The notes beneath the pieces are model-generated. The model had not been told where the DNA came from. It ran no database searches and saw only the letters and a list, made by a program, of their open reading frames with translations. A stretch of DNA of 62,168 bases, the filler included, from Choristocarpus tenellus KU-1152 (Eukaryota; Protista; Phaeophyceae): NCBI GenBank assembly GCA_964200185.2. It is 10 parts of 10 records of this genome, joined end to end, with 100 filler letters (N's around TTAATTAATTAA, not from the genome) between each part and the next. Parts side by side here need not be neighbours in the genome. Positions count along the whole stretch, not along the records: positions 1 to 11,981 come from CAXNAD020002039.1; positions 12,082 to 18,160 come from CAXNAD020008993.1; 8 more parts are not named here. One strand, given 5' to 3'. How positions within the stretch are numbered: the first letter of the stretch is position 1; each line of letters opens with the position of its first letter. A program made the translations under genes and the position numbers. Positions 1 to 13,250 of the stretch are shown piece after piece.

Positions 1-144
1 CATTTGGGGCCAATTTTTCCATGTCGCGATTTTTGGGTGATTTGGTTCCATACGTTGGATGGATAATGAAAGTGCACTTTTCCTGGTTTTGGTACAAATG
101 GACACTCTGGTGTAGACCCCCTCCCCCCCCAGATACTTTGGGTC
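1..144 (-). mobile_element. MITE family A (~180 bp, poly-G TIRs), truncated by window start, nested in a family B element
   Basis: Ends CCCCCCAGATACTTTGGGTC. Nearly identical to 11800-11979 in reverse. Followed directly by the last 40 bp of a family B element (145-184, ending TACTTTCACTC). Confidence 0.9.
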
Positions 145-817
145 AAACAGGGCAAAACTCGTACCCTTTAAGATACTTTCACTCAGTACTTCAAAGTATT
201 TCATTTACGAGAGCTCTAACCCTATTTGGAGACTTCTCCATACTTAGTGTCAACACCAGCTACGCTCCTGATACAAACCAGCGTGACCTGCTCCATTGTT
301 TAGGCCCCTGACGATTTACCATGATTGTGGTGGTAGGTGCTTCAAAGCATTGATTATTACACATGGGTAATTGCAAAGCCCCCAACATCCGGCAGTGGAA
401 AGAGCTCTTCGAAAACGCGAAAGGATTGGGTTCTTTTTCCACTTTAGAGGTATCTGCAGTGTGCACTCTGGAGTTGATGATTAGTGGCAAGATTAATATA
501 TGCACGGGGGTGTCAATCCAGCCAATAAATGCCTGAGATATTAAATAACATCTGAACAAACTCCTGCTTCTCAAACGCTCCACCCAGGTAGTATTGGTAT
601 TTGTGCATTGGATGGGGCTAGCCAGCAAGGAATGAAATATTCCCCTCTTCTTCTTCCTCTCCCAGACAATTATGCTGTTAACATTCCAGACCTGGAACCC
701 CTCAATGTTCCATACCAAGCTCTTCTCTTGTCCCTCTAATCTGACTCCTCCACGTACCTTCAATGCCTCTGTTTGGTTATTTGCACACTTGGCCGAATAT
801 TATATTATTGTTTACAG

Positions 818-3800
818 GGACCCCGGCAGAGCACCAGGACCTCCTTCGAAGAGTTTCCATGGGACGCACAACAGAACAGGCTGAACTCCTGCAGAGGGCC
901 TTTGATGTTTTTGAGGGTGAGTATGCGCAAAATTGATCACAGAAGTGTAGCAGATATAGCGTTTGGGCACCAACAATGATAAAATGATACTCATAAGCTA
1001 TGTTGATCACCCTTGAGTGAAAACTTGAGCCAAAGTAAATGAGAACTACCCAAATTTTCACCGTTTTGCATTTTAAGACACTTTTTCATCTCTTGCAATT
1101 CACGCTTATTTCTAAGGATGGAGTACTTAGATTGACTTGGGAGTGTTGAATTCTCTATAATTTGAAAAATTGGGCAGGGTCCTGAAAACTCCTAAATGTA
1201 TTTGTACAAAAAGTCGAAATTTGCACAAATTTGTCGGCGTCCTTAAAATGCAATCTTGAGTACCTCTCATTTACTTCGACTCACTAATGTAAAATGAGGA
1301 GGGGGGCTAGAGATCATAGAAATATACTCTTCTAATTTTCTTTTTCTCCTTTGTCAAGTCTGTCATTGGAATGAAACGAAATATTTGCAGGTAATTCTGA
1401 AGCCTTCTCCCAAGCATGATATGTCAAGAAGCTTAGATGTGAAACCGTCAAGAGGGGGTCAACTTTGGCCCCTACGAATTTCGAGGCCTTTTCAAACCCT
1501 ACTCAATTACACCATCCTTGTACCTGAAATGCAGTTAACCCCCCTTGGAGGGTGTGATTGAAGAAGAAGAAGATTAGCTGTGACCACATTGTTATCCGAA
1601 AGCACGGTTCTCCAAACACATGTATCACAAGGCAGTCAAAGGGGACCTTAATTGCTCACAAATGCCCCTCTTAGATGGTATCACTCTCAGGGGAGGTGTA
1701 TGCCTGAGCTTAGCTGGAAATACTTCACCTTTTCCTATTGCATGTGCACCTCACACATGAGGCATACCTACAAGCACAACCTTACCAAAATAATCCTTAA
1801 AACACATTAAGGAAGAGCAACCATGTTGGTGCAGAACCGCCCAGGATGTAAATGTATATATGAAGCCAGCCCTGTAGTATTCTCATTGCTGAGTTTGCAT
1901 TCACCACATCATAAATGCATCAATCTTGAACTTCCCCGGTAGGCATGACCTCCTGACTGTCATCAGTGGTCTACATTCTTAAGTATTACCCCACAACCTC
2001 TCAACATTCTATCAACACTTTCCTCCATCTTGTTCTTGCCTTCCTCCATGGTTTTTACATCACACATAAGTCGACCCTAGCCCAGCCTTTATCCCCATGA
2101 TTTTCTTCACTCCTTATCGATTCAATTTTGGAACGTATTCTCCTCGTTGTTACCTCAGATCTGGATGAGGATCAAGATGGGGAAATCCCTCGGCGGGAGA
2201 TTTCAACATTCTTGAAGGCTGTGGGCAGGGACCCCAAGCCTCTTGCAGCTCAGATAGAAGCATTCTGCTTTGGGAGTAAGGGGAATGCCAGGGGTATTGG
2301 CAACGGCGATATAACAGGGAATGGTGTGGTGAACAGTGGAGCTAGGCGTGCCGATCGGCATGAAGAAGCCAGGAGAAGGAGGGGAAAGAGTGAGGGTAGA
2401 GTCGATGGTAGAGAGGAGCGGAGTTGGCGATCTACAGCTTGCCTTGCTGAGGTCTTGGCTTCCTTTGGCTTTGTGTTCGAGGCTGTGGGGGCACCATCGA
2501 AGCCCTCGGTGGCTGCTGCGTTTGCCATGTTGCGCCTGTGTTCATCACCGACAGAAGTTAGGGTTGCCGGAGAGACTGCAATCAAGTGAGCACTGCTCTG
2601 AAATCCACTAGGTTGGAAGCAGGGGTAGGGTTGTTCAAATGAAGAGAAAAATTGGAGAAGGATGACACATATAGAAGTGGTTACGTCATATCTGAAGGGA
2701 CTATGAAATATAACAACAAAAAAACACAGTCTATGAAGGAAGGTGGAAGGGTTGAAGGTAGAAGCTGAAGAATCAATGTTATTGCTTTGAATTTTGAATC
2801 AGAGACAGATGTTGAGCTTTACACCGCGTAAGGAACGCACCTTCATGTATCATTTGCATTATCAGGCAATGAAGTGGGTGAAGAGGGTTAGGTGTTTGGG
2901 AAATCAGGTTGAGTTATGGAAGGTTGATTGATGGAGTTAAGGTTTTTTTCATTGCCAAAGTTGTTGTGTGATCTTCATCCTCACATGTGCTGTTGATGTT
3001 GATGTAGGGTCGTTAAACTTGATGATCTTCTGTAGTTGAGGGTTGTGTTGTGTTTAGTGAATGTTTAGTGCGATTCTAGAATTTGGGTTGTTCACCTTAG
3101 ATTTGGGAAAGAGAGGGGGTAGGGCTTTGTCAATTGTCCAATATAGGATGGGATCAGAGCTGAGAGTTTCGATGAAGTTTCTGGCTTGAAATAAGCTTGG
3201 TTTTGACAATCTTGTTGAAGTAAACCAATGGTTGGGAGCTGGGGATGACTAGGTAAGGGTAGGATTAGTGCTAAAGGTAGACTTTTCAGGGGGGACTCAA
3301 TCACTGTGGTTATAGAAAGTATTGGTGTCTCTATATTCGTGGCTACACATTTTTTGGTGCGCATCAGGTGTAGGAGAATCGTGGTTTAGTCCTTTGTTTC
3401 TGGCGACAACTTTAAATTTTGGAGGGACAAAGATCATGGTCTAAGTAATGTTCCTGTATGATACGGTAGCCCTCCTTAGTAATCTTTGCTGGGCAATTGA
3501 GGCAAATTTAGGAGAAGCTGTGCCCAAGGAAAAACGATGGATATCATCAGTCAAGGAGTTAGTTTAATGTCATCGTCTACTTTTCCCTCCCTCCCACATT
3601 ACTCCCTCCCAAACATCCACATACACGCACCAGTACATATATATATATATATACATATGCGACCTCTTGACCTAACTTTTGAACTCAAATTCAACTTCCC
3701 CTCTGTCCCAAATGTGGACATCTGTGGGGACACATTGTTGCACCAAACAGGTACCTGGACAACGTATTGACCGACCCAAGGGATTCCAGTCGTTGGAGAG

Positions 3801-6800
3801 TAAACACACAGAATGATGCGTACTTCACAAAGGTATCATCTGCAGTTTGCTTGTGCTTCACAGTGATGTAAGACGAGTCCTTCACATACTCTGCACTGGG
3901 TTATACATATGGTCATGTCTGAGTGCAGGTGGTTTGAATAACTCCCACTTCATACTCTATGAGTATTTCTGTCAGTGTATGGAGTAAACTGGGGTATAAT
4001 GCATATAGTCGTGTCCCTTTCATGTTGGTGAGCTGTGGGTCAGCTCTATTTCTGAGGGAGAGAAGGGCAACATAATTTAGCCTTTCTCAATAAGGTATCT
4101 TCAACAAAGTACCACAACCGTGGAAATTTCGGGTGGAAATTCTTGAAAATATAGTGTTTGCACTGGATACTTTTAATTTTTTTACTGGTGGTTTGCAAGA
4201 ACTTGGAGAGTTGTATGAACAGAATTCTGGAGGATGCCCTCTAAGTTGTACACAGAGAGGTGGGAACGATGTGAATCCATTGAAAAGAATCATATGCGGA
4301 AACACTTCAAGGAAATCCCAATCTACCGCTGAGCTTGTAGTTGTACTACTCATCAATTTGTGACATGTCCATACATATGTACTAACATAACAAACACACA
4401 CACACACAAACACATAAGTTAATCTCTTTCCCACTCTTATCCTAACCAAAGGTTGGGCGGCATAAGGGAGGCCGAGAGCTTCTTGCAGCAGTTGGGTTCA
4501 GCGATGAGTTCCAGGCAAACCCGAGCCTTCATGGGGGTTCATGGGTGGGTAATACAGGGGGTCATATTGTTCAGGAGACAAAGATGGTAGGGGGGATTGG
4601 TGAGAGAAGCAAAGGAAGAAAAGGTTGGCTTGTGCTGGAGGGGACAGTTGGAGCTGATGGGAAGCCCAATCCCTCGGTGGGAGAGACGCAACTAAGGGTG
4701 TTACGAGCAGCTAGAGAAGAGGTGAATGGAACGACTTTATTGGGCTATTTGACTGGTGGGGATGCACTATGTGAAGGACTGCAATAAATATTGCATACAT
4801 TTGTTGGTGAAATCACAGTTGCCGCAAAGAAATTCATGTTGCCAACTACTGCAGTGATTCTGCACATATACTCTGACTTGTAGTAACATAGCATAAAGTA
4901 GGGGGTGGAATCGAAGCTGGGGATAGTGGAGGGGGACTGAAACGTGTTGTGATTTACCTCTCACAGTAATAGTGCTTTGCATTTATGTAAAATAATATTG
5001 CACATATATTCTGGTAAGTATTAGAAGTCGTTACTAGTTACAGCAGGTTGATGAGGTTTAATTTGAATTTTGTACTCGAGTAGGAAATTTAATATTTTGG
5101 TAAATCCGAGGCATGCAAGAACACATCAAAAACAGGCAGGGATAAATTTGATAAGGATACGGGAAGTGGGACCATTTGTGATTAAGCAAGAGACTGCTGT
5201 AGAGATACTTGTTGCATCCCAATCACAAGTTTAATTGCATGGGAGTATTTGTCATATTTTCTGACCTCTGTACAGCTTAGAGTACTTCAGGACGACAACA
5301 ACATTCTTAAGATGAATTACACAGGGTATTTCCACTCAAGAGTATCATAATATTGGGAATCAATTTGCTATGGCTGCAGACTTCCTCGAGTCAACAAGAG
5401 CCTTGAAAATGGTTCCTGTCGATTTTGTAGGAACACTGACATCGTACATCCTGTGTTTCCTTGTAAGTGGACAGAACCACTTTCTGTATGTACTTCCTCC
5501 ACTATAGAGTGGGCAGTGCACTAAGCTGAGCAACAGTCGACCTTGTGCACTTAGTTATGTGTTGGTCTAATCAGAAGCAGTACCCAATAGCAGCTGTGAA
5601 GACGCTGTGCATACCGCTTTTACATTGCAGGGTCAGCATATGTCCACAAAACAATACAATAATACTATGGAGCTATTAGCAAGTACAAAAGAAAAAAACG
5701 CCTTCCAGAAAGTTATTTTGTTGTTAGTGAAGGTACTTCATTACAATGTCATGTAGAACTCTGGGCAGCTGAACTCTGTAAACAGAGTATTGTACCTTGG
5801 ACATATCAAGGCATTGAAAAAGAAGCAAGTCAAGGACCCTGGTGGAGATATTTTACCTACTCCGACACAAAAACATGGGAAGTCAAGCCCCAAATTGACA
5901 AACAGGGCAAAACTCGTACCCTCTAAGATATTTTCACTCTTTGGCAATGTTTTTTTTAGCACACTTGTGATCCGCCCTTTTCTACAGGTGGAGGCAGAAA
6001 TCATGGCTCTTGAAGGAGCCCCAAGCATATCGGCAGCCCTCCGTGAGCTCTCCCTCAAGAAAGAAGCAGAAGCGCAAGGAACAGGGACAGAATCAGAGAC
6101 ATGGGAGTATTCAAAGCCATCCCCAAAAATTGTACAGGCGGCAGCTGAACTTCTCTTGACTTATGTAGTAAATGCCCTCCAAAACCCAAGAGATCCTAGA
6201 GTGCACAGGGTCCGTGCAGCAAACCCAGTATACCAGAGGAATCTGGGACGACTGGGTGGGTGTGAGGGAGCCATGTTGGCTGTAGGTTTTCAGGCACGGG
6301 ATAGGGGGACTGTGTTTGTGTTACGTAGGCTTGGAGTGGACAGTGAAGGAGTTGGTCAACAAGGGGGAAAGGTTTCTTCATATGTCAAGGAGAGAGGAGA
6401 GGTGAGAGATGGGCACATCTCAAGCAACCAGATTGGATGGTGTAACAAAGTGGAGGTTGAAGAAGTTGAAAAATATGCACTCAAGTATCAAAGAAGGGTA
6501 ACAAGTAACCTAGCCACACCCCCATCACACATGCACACACCTTCCTTTACGATCCATGAGAGAATAGGTTGGCACACAAGATTTCACATTCCCAGCCTTG
6601 GACACTGCCACTGAGGCCTTCTTGTGGCGCAGGAAGGCGGATCTCGAAGCTGCCATTGAAAGTCTGTGCACTGCTACTGATGATGATGGCAAGGCGGCTG
6701 GAGCAACTGGGGGGGTGCAAGGAGCTCCTGGTCGGGCCAAAGCTGATCTTGCAGATTCCCGTGTCCTTTTCGAAAATATGAGGGGGACAGAGCTAGGGCC

Positions 6801-9800
6801 TAGGAAAATACAAGACGTGCCTATTACTAAAGCTCTTGGGACACAAAATACTAGAAGGAGAGGCACGAGCCAATGTGGGACATCCATTCCATTGGGTAGG
6901 CGAGGCAAGTTCAGGGGACGGGGGCGAGGTTATGGAGGAGGTAGAGGGAAGAAACAAGGACAGCTAGTTGTCAAGGGTCTGTCTGGTGTTCACCAGTTGC
7001 AGCATGCCCTCATAAGGGAAGCGTTTGTACAGCTGGATGTTGATGGTGATGATATCATTAGTGCTCAAGACTTACGAACTGCATTCCGAAATATTGGCAG
7101 GGATGCCAGTGACCGTTGGTGAGTGAGAGCCTCAACATAGCCAGTCCCCTTTGCTTGAACTCTACCCTCTCCTCTTCGAAATAATCACATTCCCAACTTT
7201 GCCACATGTGCAGCGTATGAAGTACATACCCTGACTGTTAGGGGACATGGTGGGAATACTCTGGAGCATATAGCACAACAATTTCAACAAATGGGAATAT
7301 GTGCCTCTCAGAATTTGCTACATAACCTCTCAATGTTGGCATGACTCCTTTGAAGCATGAAGTATTTCGTAACTTTGAAATGAACTTGCGCCTTATATCA
7401 TTACAAGGTCATGAGCCTACCTGAGACCTTCTGAGGAGAAAGTGTGTTTGTGTTTGTGTTTGTGTTTGTGTTTGTGTTTGTGTGTGTGTGTGTGTGCGTA
7501 TGTGTGTGTGTGTGTATCATGTCCATACCTCAGTATCCTTACAACTTACATCCTGTATACCATTATGATTTTATCACCCTAACATCCATTGTGTATCATG
7601 ATGTCACATAAATTGCTTGCCTTGAGTTCCTCCAATCTCTGTCAAGAATGAAGTTCTAGATGGAACCTAACGCTACAATGTTCTCAGGATTTCCTCTTCT
7701 TCCAAGCACATTGTTCTTTTCGGCATACACTTGTTTCCTTTAACATCCATTGAGGTTGTGTTGTGAGCCAATTCCGTAGAGTTACATGTCACTGAGAAAA
7801 TCCTTAGGAACCTGCCTCTGATATTGCTTCCTTTACTACACCTGATCCAAGCTTTGGGGATGCTTATCATGCTCGTCAAATATCTCATTTCCAGTGTACA
7901 CCAGCTCAGCCACTACTTTCTCATTTGATGTCATTAATTCAGTATATATGGGCTATTAATGTGCAAGTAACTGCACCCATGCTCAACTTCCTGAACCCAA
8001 ATTTTGATGCAAGGTCAATCGTACCTGAGTGAAAGTATCTTAGAGGGTACGAGATTTGCCCTGTTTGTCCATTTGGGGCTTGGCTTCCCATGGTTTTTTT
8101 ATGACATTTTCCTACTCCGAAATGTTTCCAAGTGGGTAAATTGTATACGTTGTGAAAAGTTGTGTCCGAAACATAGATATTGACACTTCCTAACAAACAC
8201 GACAGCTAAAATTACATCAAATTGCAACATTGGATTTTGACCCCCAAATGGACGCGGCTCTACCCTCTAAGATACTTTGGCTCTACTAGATAATAACAAA
8301 GGAGTTCTTCTCTGCTAGAGCTAGTCAGCAAAATCTAGTACCTACATGTTGTTATGCTCCTCAGATGCCATATGTCCAACCCATAAACAACTGGCAATAT
8401 GAGCTCTCTCTGGAGTGCCACCATACTTCGAAAAGTTTGTTCAGAACCGGTCCGTAACAACTCAATGATGAAACTAATGATTTAGAGCTAGGTCTTTGTT
8501 TTTTGTTTTTCGCAAATCACTATGATGGCACCAATTCAAGAATTCCATTAGTAATTCATTCACTAGTATTCCCCGGAATTTTGACACATCCAGATTTTGA
8601 TTCCCTCACGAAAAAATGTAACAATGCACCTCTCCGTTTTTCCAGCAGAATGGTACCCCAGTTCAAATGAGCATGTAATCAAGCAATATGCCTCCCCTTC
8701 AACTCCTTAATATGCAATCTGCCTTGCTACCTCTCTACCCTCCCCTACAAACCTTATCCCTTGCCAAACCAGCCCCACTCATCGTACAAAACTTCCCCTC
8801 ACCACATTTGCAATTGTTGCCCTCCACAAAGCATCCATGCCTGGATCAGGAAGCGCGACATATCCCAAAACGGATGTGTCACCTTCAAGGAATTCTTGGC
8901 CTCCTTTCACAGCCTTATACCCCCAGATAATCCTGGTTGGGCCACCATCTCTGATGTGAACCAAAAGCAGAACAGGGGCAATAGTGGGGGGGGGGGGTCA
9001 CAGACCGGCAAGGATAGGAGGAAGAATTGGGATAGGAGTGAAGATGAGGTCAGGGGTGAGGACAACGAAAGCGATGACTGGGAGGATGGTGCATCTCCTG
9101 TAGCTGCAGCATTAGGTGCTCTCCGCATCTCAGCATCACTACCAGAGTGTAAGGTAGCTGTGGAATATGCTCTGGATTATATAAGGAGGGTAAGGGATGC
9201 TCCCTCAACCCCTGCGCACTGGCGGATACCCTTGGCTTCAACAAGGTTTAAGACTGCAGTGGGAAGGTACATCTGAGTGGTGGTGTTGAATGAATGTTTG
9301 GCATGTAGGTATGTTTTTCTGTCAATCTGCTGTTTGTTTTTCAGACATCTAATGCGTAATGATAGAGAAATGTGAGTACAAGAGTCACAGATAGGGAGAT
9401 GGTGATGATAGGATGGGGCAACAAGTGAATTGTTAACAAGATTAGAGAGCCAAAGTAAACGAGAGATACCCGTGATTTAGCCATTCTGCATTTTCAGTCA
9501 ATCTTTCATCGTTTGCAATTCGCGCTTATTTCTATGGATAAAGTGCTAAGATTGGCTTGATATTTTTGATTTCTCTATTGTTTGAAATTTTCTGACAGAA
9601 TTATAAAAACTGCCTACATATAGTTGTACAAAATGCGAAATTTGTACATGTTTGTTACCACCCTTAAAATGCAACCTTGGGCACATCTTGTTCACTTTGG
9701 CTCAGAGCTATTCATGACTATTTTTGGTTGACGTGAGAGGGTTAGGACTCCTTTTAACATCCATATACTGATAACATGATGTTGTCCCTGGTCTACTCCA

Positions 9801-11461
9801 TATATTCCTAGGAACAGGATTTCTGCTCTTCTCATGCTATGACTGGATAGTGGTTTCTGTTGTGTACTCTAGCTCTCTCCTCTCAGTCACTACCATATCA
9901 CAGTGTCATTTTCACAAACCTTCAGCAAGTTTTTTGTTGAAAGAATGAGGTTAAACATGGCTTATCCTCACACATATTATGTATTTCTAAATGCCAAATT
10001 GCTTTGTAGTGGTAGGCATGTTATTAGAGTCAAAATCGCGGATTTCTTGGGAAATAGTGGTTTGCGCGGTTGCCATTCACATGTCAAGGTAGAACATGTA
10101 AATTTCTCTATAGTCGAATTCCAATTGTGACAACCATAACCCCCACCCTTTGGCCAAACAACTCAGTCCAATCTCCTCAATAGAGTTGTGAGTGAGCTCC
10201 CCTCTCCAATATTTTTCTGCTTCTGAAAATTTCTGAAGGTCTGAGGTTGAATTCCAACTATTAGGGATTTTCGTGCATCTTTAACAAGATCTTGTTGACC
10301 ATGTGCCAAGTACCAATTTTTGTGGCACATTCGACTCAGGAAGTTACTGTGCCTGATTTTCATTGTGTAATTCGCAGTCTATGGGATATAGTGGTTGTAT
10401 CGAGTTTCTCAAATTCCGTTTGATTCTTAGACAACTTGGGAAAAATCCTTGCATAGTTCTAAACCCCCTCCTACTACTCCAAGTATTATTTTTTTCACCC
10501 TAACCCCGCTTCAATTAACCTTCAAAATGGACATTGGGAAGACTTCTTGGGGGTGTTGGTCTCATGCAGTCTCTCGGCATGGAACTTGAGGAGAATGGCA
10601 CCGTATTAGCCCTGCGTGAAATCACTGGGAGAGGTACCAAGAACAAAGGAACGGGTGGGGGTTTGGGGGCCAGTTGGGAGCGGGTGCCTGCGAGTATCCT
10701 TGAGAGGTTGGACAAGGCAGCACAGGTAGGAGAAACCCCTCAAAGTGTATTTTCTGTCCACACTTACCACAGATCTGATCACATTATGAGGATCTTGTCA
10801 CATACTCCGGAGTACTTAGTAGTCCTGGCATTTACTGTGGCAGTGAATTTGTTGCTCTAGCAATGTCTGTACCACCACTTGGCTGGGGAAAGGAAGAGGG
10901 AGGGAAGAAGCACAATTTCTGGATTTCTTACACTGATGGAGATTGGTAAGCTTGTGGAGAAGAGGGGAGTGAGAGTTGACTCCTAGCCTTCATTGCCAAG
11001 GTCAAGCCTTGCATTTTCATTTACAAGGTTGAAGTATCTTTTGCCAGTGACAGCACTACTGAAAGTTACTGGGCAAACAGAAAATATGTGTCAAGATTGC
11101 AGCATCCATTTTTTTGTTCATGAGGGACTGCACTAGCTCACCCAGTCATATGGCTCAGAATATGGGTTGGGGCATACGAAAGTTGAAAATGTGATTTCCA
11201 CTTTTCCTAACAATCTTGGCACAAGACTCATCCATCCCCTTCCTTCCTCTACTCTTTTTCTGTGTTCTGTGGGAACTGGTTCAGGCACTTGAGGCTCAAG
11301 CACATGGGCTTGAACACCCAGAGGTGCCGGACCTGGCTGGTGTATCGGCTGCAGTTGGACGCAAAAGGGGTCATGGGGGAAGGATTGAACCACCCATGCG
11401 ATGTGTGGAGGCAGCAATGCGTTATGCTCAGAATATCTTGGATCACCCTGGCAGAACGCAG
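818..11461 (+). CDS. Partial spliced gene: EF-hand and multi-PUB (p97/VCP-binding-type) domain protein, 5' and 3' incomplete
   Basis: Ten GT-AG, phase-compatible exons: 818-916, 2159-2585, 3751-3832, 4452-4721, 5988-6401, 6568-7118, 8832-9266, 10542-10725, 11285-11461 (nine listed here; boundaries at 6401/6568 are my best choice among alternatives). EF loops: DLDEDQDGEI, DVDGDDIISAQDL, DISQNGCVTFKEF. PUB-like blocks: YLDNVLTDPRDSSRWRVNTQNDAYFTKVGRHKGGRELLAAVGF; YVVNALQNPRDPRVHRVRAANPVYQRNLGRLGGCEGAMLAVGF; YIRRVRDAPSTPAHWRIPLASTRFKTAVGRLLGGVGLMQSLGM; YAQNILDHP (truncated). Confidence 0.85.
1027..1282 (+). mobile_element. MITE family C (256 bp)
   Basis: TIR GAGCCAAAGTAAATGAGA...TCTCATTTACTTCGACTC. 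Homologous to 9447-9703 and 31860-32243. Flanks ACTT/ACTA. Confidence 0.8.
5851..5938 (+). mobile_element. MITE family B, partial (3' end), intronic
   Basis: CCCCAAATTGACAAACAGGGCAAAACTCGTACCCTCTAAGATATTTTCACTC matches the family B end. Confidence 0.8.
7442..7515. repeat. (GTGTTT)n/(GT)n microsatellite
   Basis: Directly visible tandem repeats inside an intron. Confidence 0.9.
8027..8283 (-). mobile_element. MITE family B, full length (257 bp)
   Basis: GAGTGAAAGTATCTTAGAGGGTA...TACCCTCTAAGATACTTTGGCTC terminal inverted repeats. Reverse copy of 48257-48516 and 60396-60651. Confidence 0.9.
9447..9703 (+). mobile_element. MITE family C (257 bp)
   Basis: GAGCCAAAGTAAACGAGA...TCTTGTTCACTTTGGCTC, colinear with 1027-1282. 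Confidence 0.8.
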
Positions 11462-11799
11462 GTTGGGAGGTTGCAAGAAAATAAGCTTAGCTTTAGGATT
11501 CCTTTGATTTGGATTTGAGTGGGAGTAGGGGTGGAGGTTGGCCAGAAGTTTAAAATATTCATTGACTTTGGCAACGATTTTATAGAGCTAGGGCTGTGAG
11601 GGAGGGCTGATGGAGTTGGGGCTGAGATAAACTTTTGGAGATGAAGCAATCTTGATATTTTGACGAGGGCAAATCACATGGTAAATGGAATAAGATGATA
11701 GGCCTGCAATTTGAGGTTGGAATGGTTCTACAGTACAAGTTACATGGTGATGAAAGTGAAAGACTAATTCTGTATCTGCAAATGACCATGGTGCACACA

Positions 11800-11979
11800 G
11801 ACCCAACGTATCTGGGGGGGGAGGGGGTCTACACCAGAGTGTCCATTTGGACCAAAACCAGGAAAAGTGCACTTTCATTATCCATCCAACGTATGGAACC
11901 AAATCACCCAAAAATCGCGACATGAAAAAATTGGCCCCAAATGGACAGCCGCCACCCCCCCCCCCAGATACTTTGAGCC
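11800..11979 (+). mobile_element. MITE family A, full length (180 bp)
   Basis: GACCCAACGTATCTGGGGGGG...CCCCCCAGATACTTTGAGCC. One of 11 copies or fragments in the window. Confidence 0.9.
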
Positions 11980-11981
11980 AC

Positions 11982-12081
11982 NNNNNNNNNNNNNNNNNNN
12001 NNNNNNNNNNNNNNNNNNNNNNNNNTTAATTAATTAANNNNNNNNNNNNNNNNNNNNNNNNNNNNNNNNNNNNNNNNNNNN
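11982..12081. other. Artificial contig-joining linker (44N-TTAATTAATTAA-44N)
   Basis: Identical 100-bp spacer with stops in all six frames. Also at 18161-18260, 24866-24965, 30669-30768, 37345-37444, 42442-42541, 45622-45721, 55311-55410, 58216-58315. Confidence 0.97.
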
Positions 12082-12428
12082 GTCTCCATTTAGGTCAAAA
12101 TCAGGAAAAGTGTATTTACAGTATCCATCCGACGTATGCAACCAAATCACCCAAAAATTGCGACATTAAAAAATTGGCCCCAAATGGACAGCTGCCACCC
12201 CCTCCCAGAATCTTTGAGTCAAAAAGATGTCATTGTACGATCAATCGTGGAAAGAGCCTTCACAGAGAGTTGTGGTTTCACTTTGTGTGTGGAAAGGTGG
12301 AATATCAGTTTTGCGTGCACTGTTGTGCACGCAAAAGAACGAAATAGAGTGTATTGCACAGGGTAAGAATAATGGCTTAGAATATACAAAAGGGTTCAAA
12401 TCTGCCTACCTCTCAATTGGTTTGGCTG
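12082..12428 (+). mobile_element. Family A fragment (12082-12220) nested in a family D MITE (remainder 12221-12428)
   Basis: The A end (CAGAATCTTTGAGTC) is followed by sequence colinear with the middle and end of family D (58483-58741), ending CTACCTCTCAATTGGTTTGGCT. Confidence 0.75.
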
Positions 12429-12996
12429 TGGTTCCGTTGGGAGTGATACAGGACTCGAGAAATACAGCATTTACTACCAGAGTAGCAGTGAAGTACTAAG
12501 AAGTATTACTTTTAAGGCACGAAAAGCAAAGAGAACAGAGATATTTGTTGCATTCTACTTGTGGGAGACACCAATAAATAAGCATCCCTGTATGTCACTG
12601 TGTGGGACTGGCCTTCCAAGCCGTGTTCATTAATATTTGGGTCACTGAAGAACTGAAGCATTGAAGTGTTTTGTGCTCATTCAGGCTCACAATTTCTTTT
12701 TGTGTGTACACAGACTGTCATTTCTTCACCTACCTTACCATCCACATCTTCCTCCGCATCTTCCTCCTTTTCGCCACTCTCTCTTTTACATCCTCCCCAA
12801 CCTCTAACAATCGAGGAATACCACCCTCAGGCCCAGGGGAAGCAATGAGACTATCCTCCCTCAGCTCGCTCTCTTTATCCTCCTCGGTCGTGTTCGGCTT
12901 CAACTTCTTTGTCTTGCATACTTGGCAGTTTTACTCAAGGCTAGCAATTCGGCCTTGGTCTTCTTCCCATTTAGTGCATTTTGATCCCTCACCCAC

Positions 12997-13250
12997 GAGC
13001 CAAATCAATTGAGAGGTAGGCAAATTTTGACCCTTCTGCTTTCCAACCCGTATGTCTTACCCTGTGTAACACACACTCTTATTTCATTGCTTTATGTTCA
13101 CAAAAGTATATGAAAAGTTGGTGTTTCCCCTTGCCACATACAGAGTGACAACACAATTCATAGAAGGTTCTTTCTGAAAAATGTACAAAATTGATTTTTT
13201 TTTCCCCTTTTCGTTGTATCCTTAAAATACAACCCTGCTTAATTCTCAGT
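12997..13250 (-). mobile_element. MITE family D, diverged copy
   Basis: Starts GAGCCAAATCAATTGAGAGGTAGG. Reverse-complement homolog of 58483-58741. Confidence 0.7.

Noticed and set aside
21-311. Repeated ORFs such as MSRFLGDLVPYVGWIMKVHFSWFW (also 11588-11923, 47717-47941) as a gene family
   Set aside because: They are chance translations of non-coding MITE family A copies.
5790-5987. N-terminal part of the 274-aa ORF 5790-6614 as coding
   Set aside because: It lies upstream of the CAG acceptor at 5987 and includes a MITE B fragment, so it is intronic read-through.
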